This document shows positions 14,179-21,175 of a stretch of 46,348 nucleotides of DNA, one piece after another. Both the position numbers and the translations under genes were made by a program. The notes below the pieces were generated by a model, which saw only the letters and a list, made by a program, of their open reading frames with translations, ran no database searches and had not been told where the DNA came from. The stretch is from a virus, in the IMG/VR virus record IMGVR_UViG_3300010362_000004, positions 1-46,348 of that record; one strand, 5' to 3'. Position 1 is the first letter of the stretch; each line of letters starts with the position of its first letter.

Positions 14179-14861
14179 TTCTGCCCCCACAGTTCTCGGA
14201 TGCGCTCGTGCGCTCGCTCGCGCTCGCGTTCCTCGCGGCTCCTTCTCGGTGGCGAGGGTCGATCCTCCCATTGCCGCTGCCGGAGAAACGTCGCGGGATT
14301 CTCAAGGAAGCCCTCGCGCCAGGAATCACTCTGCTGCCAGCGCTCGATGCCCGCCAGGATGGCCGGGAGATGGAACGCACCACCGACCCGAATCCATGCC
14401 CGCAGTGCCTCGGGCTTGTGACACGGCTTCGGATAGTGCTTCCAAAATTCCTCAAAGCCGTGCGTGCTTCTCGGGGGCCCTTTTCCGCTGCCCCAATCTG
14501 GCCGCAGGCGGAAAGGCTCCGCTACCGCAGGGGTCGGCTCCAGAATCTGACCGTCAAATTCTGGCTGCAGCACCCCGTTGTGTAGGTGGTCCCGCCAGTC
14601 ATGCACCACCACGCGGCACTGCTGGTCCGGATCGAGCCAGCGAGTCATCAGCAGGGCATCGATCAACTCGCTGGCCGAGCGCTGCCAGCCAATTCCCGCT
14701 GCGATCACCGCGTCGGTATGGCGCCCGATATCCCCCTCCGGGGCATAGAGCGCCGTCCACTGCCAGAGCGATTCGAGGACGCCGACTGCTCCCCAGGCTT
14801 CCAGGCCGAGCGCCTGGGCGAGCGCCCGCATCTTCGGATGCATCGGGGTGCCAGGCTTCAT
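14175..14861 (-). CDS. Putative replication-associated protein (function tentative)
   Basis: 228 aa. The FEEFWKHYPKP...EALRAWIRV motif resembles those seen in phage replication-organizer or DnaD-like proteins. This is memory-based only. Confidence 0.5.
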   Translation of the reverse strand: MKPGTPMHPKMRALAQALGLEAWGAVGVLESLWQWTALYAPEGDIGRHTDAVIAAGIGWQRSASELIDALLMTRWLDPDQQCRVVVHDWRDHLHNGVLQPEFDGQILEPTPAVAEPFRLRPDWGSGKGPPRSTHGFEEFWKHYPKPCHKPEALRAWIRVGGAFHLPAILAGIERWQQSDSWREGFLENPATFLRQRQWEDRPSPPRRSREERERERAHERIRELWGQK

Positions 14862-15289
14862 GGCCGCACCCGGCTCCCGATCTTCTTGATACAGGTGCCG
14901 CCGGTCCGGATATGCAGGGGGGCCTGCGCCGGCCGCCAGTCCTGCTGCACCAGCTGCGTCCGCACGGCATCAGGGTCCAGATCGAACTGTTCGCAGATCG
15001 CGGCAAAGTCCGTGATCCAGTCCGTCGCGTCCGACGAGAACCAGGCGATCAGTTCTTGCCGCGCCCGATGTTGAAAGTAGCCCAGCCGGTCGTGGCACGA
15101 CGGGATACGCGCAACCGGCTTATAGGTCCCCTCTAGGCGCCTCCCCGTACCGAGCCGGTCCAGGTCCCGCAGGGCCTGTTCGAGCACCGCAAGGAGCAGC
15201 TGATGCTCCGGCAGCACCGCCCGCCGCGGCGCTCGCAGCTGCTCCGGCAGGACGAACTCCGGCCCCAGCACCGCATCCACCGTCCCCAT
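14858..15289 (-). CDS. Hypothetical protein (143 aa), first gene of the leftward operon
   Basis: Strong SD GAGGAGGGGG. Confidence 0.75.
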   Translation of the reverse strand: MGTVDAVLGPEFVLPEQLRAPRRAVLPEHQLLLAVLEQALRDLDRLGTGRRLEGTYKPVARIPSCHDRLGYFQHRARQELIAWFSSDATDWITDFAAICEQFDLDPDAVRTQLVQQDWRPAQAPLHIRTGGTCIKKIGSRVRP

Positions 15290-15326
15290 CGCACCCCCTC
15301 CTCTTCGCTACCATCCTAGTCCGCAA

Positions 15327-15362
15327 GTGACGGTCACATTCCGTGGCAGTTTCCTGGGAAAC
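15327..15362. promoter_or_regulatory. Two operator-like palindromes
   Basis: GTGACgGTCAC at 15327-15337 and GTTTCCtgGGAAAC at 15349-15362, just upstream of the leftward operon. Confidence 0.35.
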
Positions 15363-15444
15363 CATGGCTAAGTCCGCGCCGCATCTATAGGAATCCACTG
15401 CCTACGAAACGGGCGCAGTTAGATGGACTTGTCAACGGAAATAC

Positions 15445-15488
15445 CCCCTCTGTCCGCATCTTGTCCGCATCTCCATGCGGACAGGGGG
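15445..15488. promoter_or_regulatory. Hairpin built from three TGTCCGCA(T) repeats (attP arm or terminator)
   Basis: Direct copies at 15451-15459 and 15462-15470, with an inverted copy at 15475-15483. The outer stem is CCCCCT..AGGGGG. Confidence 0.5.
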
Positions 15489-15566
15489 TAAAAACCGCGT
15501 TTTCCGGGGTACGCAGACGCTGTAGCGTTTGGTCGCTAGGTCCGCGAAGTCACTGCAAAATCTGAG

Positions 15567-15608
15567 TGCGCCCAGGCTGATTCGAACAGCCGACCTTCTG
15601 ATTCGTAG
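15567..15608 (-). other. attP core candidate: 3' half of a tRNA-Arg(ACG)-like gene
   Basis: The minus strand reads CTACGAA-TCAGA-AGGTC-GGCTGTTCGAATCAGCC-TGGGCGC-A. That is anticodon loop, stem 3' strand, variable loop, T-arm, acceptor 3' strand and discriminator. The 5' sequence does not pair, so the tRNA is partial. Confidence 0.65.
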
Positions 15609-15660
15609 TTGTAAGGGAACGCGGCGAAAAGTACCTAGAGAATCGCGTAGTTGCGAAGTA

Positions 15661-16842
15661 TCAACGCGCGCTGTCCGCACGGCTGTCCGCAGCCAAGCGC
15701 TCCAAGTAGTCCGCTGCTTTAGGATTCCGCAAGCGGACGGTGGCCCCGTAGGTGTCGACCGTGACCTTGATCGAGGAGTGGCCGAGTTGCTGCTGCACCC
15801 ACTGGATGACGTCACGCTCCATGGTCTGCAGGTGAAGTGTCGCGAACGTGTGCCGGAGCGAGTGCATCGTGAAGCCGTGTCCATCAAGCTTCGCCTGCGT
15901 GAGCACGCGAGCGAATTCCCGCTGCACATTGCGGCTCCCGAGTGGCGTCCCGTTGCGGCTCACGAAGAGCCATGGCGGCACCGGCCGCCAGCCCCGCGCC
16001 ACGGCCAGCTGCGAGCGGCCCTGGATGATCTCCCCGAGCACGCGGATCAACCGGTCGGTCAGGTCCACGATGCGATCACGGCCCGTCTTCGTCTGCCGTA
16101 GCAAAGGCGCGCGGCTGCACTCCTGGGCCAGTGAGACCGTGACGAGCCCCTCGCGGGTCTCCAGCTGGACGTGGGGAATCTGCCAGGCTCGCAGTTCACT
16201 GACCCGCATCCCGGTATCGATGCCGGCCAGGAACAACGCCTGCAGCCCAGACGCCCGAGCCGCCTTCTCGAACCGACCGAGCTGCTCACTCGTCATCGCC
16301 GGCCGGACGACGTTGCTCCGAGAAATGAGCTTCCGGATTGTCTTGCTCGGATCGGACAGTGGATTGAGCGCCAGCACCTCATCCTCGGTCGCCTCGCTCA
16401 GCATGGCCCGCAGCGCCGCGAACATGAGCCGGACGGTATCGGGTGCGAAGCCGGCGTTTCGCTTGGCCACGACGAGCGCCTTGGCGTGCGCCTTCGAGAC
16501 GGCCGACAAGCGCATGGTGCCGATTTTCTGCGATCCGATTTGGAACGGCAGGACGTGCTGCTGCAGCAGGTCGTTGTAGGACCGCCAGGTCTTCGGGGCC
16601 CAGACGTCTCGATTGCTCGTGAGCCAGTGCGCGGCATAGGCTGCCACGTTCTCGGACGCATCGGGCGGTAGGCTCGGCTCCAAGGTGATCGCCGCCTGCT
16701 CCTGCAGCCGGGCAGCGTGACGATTGGCCGCCTCTTCCGTCTCGAAATACTTTGAGCGGCGCACGCCATAGGGGTCGCGCCACTCCACGAGATAACGCAC
16801 CTCACCCCGCACGCGGCAGCGGGTGACTTTGCCGAACGCCAT
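15661..16842 (-). CDS. int: Tyrosine integrase
   Basis: TGMRVSELR (Arg), HSLRHTF (H-x-x-R) and LGHSSIKVTVDTYG (His/Tyr). It is adjacent to the tRNA-like attP core. Confidence 0.92.
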   Translation of the reverse strand: MAFGKVTRCRVRGEVRYLVEWRDPYGVRRSKYFETEEAANRHAARLQEQAAITLEPSLPPDASENVAAYAAHWLTSNRDVWAPKTWRSYNDLLQQHVLPFQIGSQKIGTMRLSAVSKAHAKALVVAKRNAGFAPDTVRLMFAALRAMLSEATEDEVLALNPLSDPSKTIRKLISRSNVVRPAMTSEQLGRFEKAARASGLQALFLAGIDTGMRVSELRAWQIPHVQLETREGLVTVSLAQECSRAPLLRQTKTGRDRIVDLTDRLIRVLGEIIQGRSQLAVARGWRPVPPWLFVSRNGTPLGSRNVQREFARVLTQAKLDGHGFTMHSLRHTFATLHLQTMERDVIQWVQQQLGHSSIKVTVDTYGATVRLRNPKAADYLERLAADSRADSAR

Positions 16843-16845
16843 GGT

Positions 16846-17220
16846 CTACTCCCTTTTGACCCATGCCTTCGCTGGTCGCCCCCGATGTCGTGGGGGCGCG
16901 GCGATGGGTCCGTTGGGAGGAACATACCCGGGCACCAGTGGGACGACAACCTGGCTCCGTCCGCCCACTTCCATCATCCGGCGCTGCCAATCCAGGTACT
17001 CTCCGACCGTCGTCCGCTTGTCCTTGCCGTTGCCGAACGTGCGGAGCCGACGCGGATCGCTCGGATGCAGGCGGGCGTACTTCTGCACCTGGCGTAGGTC
17101 CCAGCCGAGCAGCAGAGCGACATCATCGAGGGCCAGGACGTGACGCGGGTTAGTCAGCTGCGCTTCGAGGAACGTGAGACGGTCGCCCGTCTCAACAGCT
17201 GCACCCCCGATATCAGCCAT
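16846..17220 (-). CDS. Excisionase-like / recombination directionality factor candidate
   Basis: It lies directly upstream of int on the same strand. VLALDDVALLLGWDLRQVQKYAR is HTH-like. Confidence 0.5.
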   Translation of the reverse strand: MADIGGAAVETGDRLTFLEAQLTNPRHVLALDDVALLLGWDLRQVQKYARLHPSDPRRLRTFGNGKDKRTTVGEYLDWQRRMMEVGGRSQVVVPLVPGYVPPNGPIAAPPRHRGRPAKAWVKRE

Positions 17221-17483
17221 GAGCGGAAGGGTCGCTTATTCTCCCGCACGCTCGTACTGTCAACGGGGAAATGCTTTCCAATGGTTTCTTTCCACCTCCG
17301 GGGGATGGTACTAGATGGCAGCGAAACGTAGCGAAAGGGGTCCGGCTGGCGCTAACTGCTGCCGGGTATCCACTTCCATCCCGTACTTTTTTCTTGACAC
17401 TGGCGGAAAATCGACTACGGGGAAAGAGACCCGTCACGCATCCCCCGGAACATTTCCCGACTCCGACGGGCTGGGGATTGGAC

Positions 17484-17825
17484 ATGGCATCAGCATCCAA
17501 TGCAGCGTGGCCGCGGAATATCGTGCAGCAGTTTTCCCGGCTGGAACGCGCCTACAAGAAACGCCAGCGGAAGCCGACGGCAAAGGCCGCACGGAAGCTC
17601 GCGGACTTGCTCGCTGACGGTGTGTCACCGCGCGGCCACGGCAAGATTCTGACGGTCAAACAGGTCGCGCATGAGCTTCAGATGAGTACCAAGTCGGTCT
17701 ATCAACACGCCCCCGAGTGGCCCTTCATGCACCGAATCCCTGGGTCCACGATATATCGCGGGCATGCGGACGAACTCGATGAATGGATCAGAAAACTCCC
17801 CCCGTCCCATCGCGGACGCGGATGA
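17484..17825 (+). CDS. HTH DNA-binding protein (AlpA/excisionase-family-like)
   Basis: Internal ATG of the track ORF. ILTVKQVAHELQMSTKSVYQH is HTH-like. It is divergent from the xis-int pair. Confidence 0.6.
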   Translation: MASASNAAWPRNIVQQFSRLERAYKKRQRKPTAKAARKLADLLADGVSPRGHGKILTVKQVAHELQMSTKSVYQHAPEWPFMHRIPGSTIYRGHADELDEWIRKLPPSHRGRG

Positions 17826-17967
17826 CCACGAGCTACGAATCAGGGCATGGAAAATCCATCTGTGGGCGATTGCCCTTACGGGAGTCGAATTGCACAACGG
17901 CGACCCCTGGGATGGGCGAGTCGATCTGGAGGGCTACGACCGATGGAAGACGACGCCGCCCGAGTGA
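17764..17967 (+). CDS. Possible small ORF, or the shifted C-terminus of the preceding gene
   Basis: The tail is protein-like (HELRIRAWKIHLWAIALTGVELHNGDPWDGRVDLEGYDRW). The only starts overlap 17484..17825 by at least 47 nt, and a C6 run lies at 17798-17803. Confidence 0.3.
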   Translation: MRTNSMNGSENSPRPIADADDHELRIRAWKIHLWAIALTGVELHNGDPWDGRVDLEGYDRWKTTPPE

Positions 17968-18866
17968 CCGATCTGGTACCCGTGGGAGACGCGCTCTGCA
18001 CCATGGTGAGCGACGTGGCGAGCGCGAAAGCCCGGCTCGCTGAACTGCAGGATTTCGTCAAGCAAGTGATGGTGCCGGGCGAGGACTACGGCGCCATCCC
18101 CGGCACGTCGACGAAGCCGGTGCTCCTCAAACCCGGCGCCGAGAAACTGTGCGAAATCTACGGGCTCGCCCAACTCTGTACCGTGACCCAGCGGGTCGAG
18201 GATTGGGACCGCCCGTTCTTCCACTATGAGGTGCGATGCGATCTGATTTCCAAACGCACAGGCGCGACCATTGGCTCGGGCCTCGGGTCCTGCAATTCGC
18301 ACGAAGGCCGCTATCGCTGGCGGGAAGCGCAGCGCGTGTGTCCGACGTGTGGGCAGCCGGCCATCATCCGGGGCAAGGAGGAATTCGGCGGCGGCTGGGT
18401 CTGCTTCCGCAAACGCGGCGGCTGCGGCGCCAAATTCGGCATCGATGACGTCGACATCACGGCGCAGGAAACCGGCCGCGTCGAGAACGATGACATTGCC
18501 TCGCAGGTGAACACGATCTTGAAGATGGCCAAGAAGCGCGCGGTCGTCGATGCGACGCTTTCCGTCACGCGCTCGTCGGCGCTCTTCACGCAGGACGAGG
18601 ACGTGCTGCCGACGCCCGAGCCACCACCGCGGCCCCGGGGCACCACCGTGGCGAAGCGTGCCGCCATCCGCACACTCAGCGAAGCGCAGCAGCAGATGAT
18701 TCTGCGCCGGGCCCAGGCTGCGGCCATCTCGCCCGCCGTGGTCGATGAATACGTGGCGCGCATGTTCCACTGCGCGAGTCTTGACCACCTACCAATCGAG
18801 CATGCCAATATGGTGCTGGCATGGCTCGACGAGTGCGTGCGTGGGGAGCCTGGGACCAATGGCTGA
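17943..18866 (+). CDS. Putative recombination / ssDNA-annealing-like protein with an embedded zinc ribbon
   Basis: KPVLLKPGAEKLCEIYGL and ILKMAKKRAVVDATL segments, plus CPTCG...GGCG. It lies directly upstream of a PD-(D/E)XK nuclease. The family is not identified. An alternative start is at 18003. Confidence 0.45.
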   Translation: MEDDAARVTDLVPVGDALCTMVSDVASAKARLAELQDFVKQVMVPGEDYGAIPGTSTKPVLLKPGAEKLCEIYGLAQLCTVTQRVEDWDRPFFHYEVRCDLISKRTGATIGSGLGSCNSHEGRYRWREAQRVCPTCGQPAIIRGKEEFGGGWVCFRKRGGCGAKFGIDDVDITAQETGRVENDDIASQVNTILKMAKKRAVVDATLSVTRSSALFTQDEDVLPTPEPPPRPRGTTVAKRAAIRTLSEAQQQMILRRAQAAAISPAVVDEYVARMFHCASLDHLPIEHANMVLAWLDECVRGEPGTNG

Positions 18867-19491
18867 GCACCCGAGCTACGTCCCTGAATTTGATCCCGTC
18901 CTTCACGAGTACCGCTGGAAGGGTCGGATTCTCCCGAGCATCACCACCGTGCTGCAGGCGGCGGGCCTCTACAACCTGCCACCCGTGGAGCAGGATGTGC
19001 TCAATCTGGCCGCGGAACGGAGCCGGCGCGTTCACTGGATCACCGTCCGCATGGACCGCGGCCTGCCAGGCGCTGAGCCGTCGGCGGCTGTCCGTGGCTA
19101 CCTGGACGCCTATCACAACTTCTGTGACGCGCACGTCTTTACGCCGCACGATTCCTTTACCGAGTGCCCGCTCTGTGATCCGCAGCTGGAAATCGCCGGC
19201 ACGCCAGATCGGGCAGGCTACTTGAACGGGGGCGGCGCGGTACTCGATCTGAAAACCTTTCCCCAGCGAGAAGCCGTGACGGGAATCCAGCTGGCTGGCT
19301 ACCGCCATCTGCTCCGAGTCAACGGCTTCCAGGCACCCCGGCGCGTCTCGGTCCATCTGCAGCCGAACGGGAGATTTCAGGTGGAAGAGTACCGCGACTT
19401 TGGCGACGAAGCCGCCTTTCTCGCCGCACTCAATCTCTACCGCTGGCGGATGCGGAATCTCCGAAAGGAACACGATGCCCGAGTTTCCTGA
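18859..19491 (+). CDS. PD-(D/E)XK (Cas4/RecB-like) exonuclease
   Basis: HEY..LPSITTVL N-terminus with GTPD and LDLKT motifs. Confidence 0.7.
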   Translation: MAEHPSYVPEFDPVLHEYRWKGRILPSITTVLQAAGLYNLPPVEQDVLNLAAERSRRVHWITVRMDRGLPGAEPSAAVRGYLDAYHNFCDAHVFTPHDSFTECPLCDPQLEIAGTPDRAGYLNGGGAVLDLKTFPQREAVTGIQLAGYRHLLRVNGFQAPRRVSVHLQPNGRFQVEEYRDFGDEAAFLAALNLYRWRMRNLRKEHDARVS

Positions 19492-20152
19492 ACTGACCGC
19501 GAAGGTGAACACCTGGCCTGAGCAGGTGCGCCAGCTCGTCGTCGACGACCCAGAGAGCTACAACCGGGCGGGCCAGCTACTGACCGGAATCAAAGCACTC
19601 CTGAAGGAAGTCGAGGCGTCTTGCGCGCCGGTCATCAAGGCCGCCCATCTCGCCCACCGTGCCGCCACGGCGCAGCGGAGGGCGCTCGAAACGCCGCTGC
19701 TCGATGCCGAGCGCTTTCTCAAGGGCATGATGGCCGAGTACCTCCGGGCCCAGCAGCGCATCCGCGAGGAAGCCTGGGAGAAGCATCTGGACGCGGAGCT
19801 AGCCAAGCATCGCGCCCAGCGCGAGCAGGAGATAGCCGCCCTCCGGGCAGCCGGCGATACCCAGCTGGCCGATGCCATGGCGGACGCCCCCCTGGGAGCC
19901 TTCCCATCGAGTCCTGACGATATCCCCCCACCGACGGACGGCATCTCGGTGCGGAAGATTTACCGGGCCGAAGTGATCGATTTTGCCATCCTGGTGCGGA
20001 GCGTCCACGAGGGCCGAGTGCCGTTGAAGGTCCTCCTGCCGAATATGGGCGTACTGAACAATCTTGCACGGAACCTCGGCCCGACGTTCAACTGCCCTGG
20101 CGTGGTCGTCCGCGAAGACGTCTCGATCAGCGCACGGGCCCTGGAAAGCTGA
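19475..20152 (+). CDS. Gp157-like / coiled-coil recombination-associated protein (tentative)
   Basis: The pattern AGQLLTGIKALLKEVEA..PVIKAAHLAHRAATAQRRALETPLLDAERFLKGMMAEYL resembles the Siphovirus Gp157-type family. Confidence 0.4.
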   Translation: MPEFPELTAKVNTWPEQVRQLVVDDPESYNRAGQLLTGIKALLKEVEASCAPVIKAAHLAHRAATAQRRALETPLLDAERFLKGMMAEYLRAQQRIREEAWEKHLDAELAKHRAQREQEIAALRAAGDTQLADAMADAPLGAFPSSPDDIPPPTDGISVRKIYRAEVIDFAILVRSVHEGRVPLKVLLPNMGVLNNLARNLGPTFNCPGVVVREDVSISARALES

Positions 20153-20168
20153 CCCCCCCGGGGGGGGG
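20153..20168. other. C7G9 homopolymer palindrome
   Basis: CCCCCCCGGGGGGGGG lies immediately after the TGA at 20150-20152. Confidence 0.8.
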
Positions 20169-20237
20169 TTGACCGCCCGCCCCCCTTCTTGAGAAAACCC
20201 ACGTATCGGCGCGGAAACGCGCGGAAGGGAGTACCGA

Positions 20238-20546
20238 ATGTCATGGTTCGACAATGCAAAGTTTGCTTTCTGTAGGGGGATTGCCAACCACGCTTGGCGC
20301 TTTCCGCCCACCTTCGAGGGCGGCGGGAAGCAATTAGTGATGAAGCTCACCTGTCAGAACTGTTCCACGGTCCGGCGTGATCGGCTGAGCCAAACCTCCG
20401 GGGAAGTCCAGGGCCGGGGCTATCACTATCCGAAGGGCTACCTCCTCGATCTGCAGGGCGAGAAGCGGCCCCCGAAAGATGACCTGCGGCGGGATGGGCT
20501 CAAGCTCTTACTGCCGACGAAACCAAGGGCGGTACACGCAGCATGA
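20238..20546 (+). CDS. Hypothetical protein (102 aa)
   Basis: AAGGGAGTAC RBS motif. Confidence 0.7.
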   Translation: MSWFDNAKFAFCRGIANHAWRFPPTFEGGGKQLVMKLTCQNCSTVRRDRLSQTSGEVQGRGYHYPKGYLLDLQGEKRPPKDDLRRDGLKLLLPTKPRAVHAA

Positions 20547-21175
20547 AAAAAGTCGTTCTCTACTGTGATCGATGCGGCGAAGAGAAGGAGACACCCGCGG
20601 CCAGCATGGCGTGGATTCGGGTCGCCGGCATGGGAAGGGCCCTGCGATACGACCTCTGCAGCGAGCATATCGCTGACTTGGTTGGCATGATGTCGAGCCG
20701 GAACGGGGAACCGTCGCCGCCGAAGAAACTCATGGGCCGTGTGTTGGACGGGCCTGTCCGGCACAGACCTGGGACACTCCGGGCACAAGCCTACGAGCAG
20801 ATTCTCGTGCTGGTGATGAAGCACGGTCGCATAGACACCGATCTGATTGCCAGCCACCTCCCGAAACTCCATTCCCATCTCATCACTGATGCTCTACGGC
20901 GGCTCTGCACGGACGGGAAGCTCAACCGGGTGATGATGGGCATCTACGAGCCGGCGGGCTTCAAGCTCGATCCACTGACCGAGCCGAAAGCGATCGAGCA
21001 GGGCATTCTCGCCATGGTGAAGAAACGTCCCGGCATCCGGTCTGCGTGGCTCCGGCCGCTGCTCAACGTCCCCAACTTTGGTGCCTACAAGCGGGCCCAT
21101 ACGGCGCTGCGCGAGGCCAAGAAGCTCCGGATCAAAGGCACGAAATCGGCCGCGCAGTTCTTTCCGGTCGACTAG
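20543..21175 (+). CDS. Putative DNA-binding protein (N-terminal Cys motif plus winged-helix-like C-terminus)
   Basis: CDRCG...LCSEH. Helical basic C-terminal half. ATGA overlap with the upstream gene. Confidence 0.5.
   Translation: MKKVVLYCDRCGEEKETPAASMAWIRVAGMGRALRYDLCSEHIADLVGMMSSRNGEPSPPKKLMGRVLDGPVRHRPGTLRAQAYEQILVLVMKHGRIDTDLIASHLPKLHSHLITDALRRLCTDGKLNRVMMGIYEPAGFKLDPLTEPKAIEQGILAMVKKRPGIRSAWLRPLLNVPNFGAYKRAHTALREAKKLRIKGTKSAAQFFPVD

Noticed and set aside
15567-15608. Intact tRNA gene
   Set aside because: Only the 3' half, from the anticodon loop to the discriminator, is tRNA-like. The upstream sequence cannot form the anticodon, D or acceptor stems. I interpret it as the attP core.
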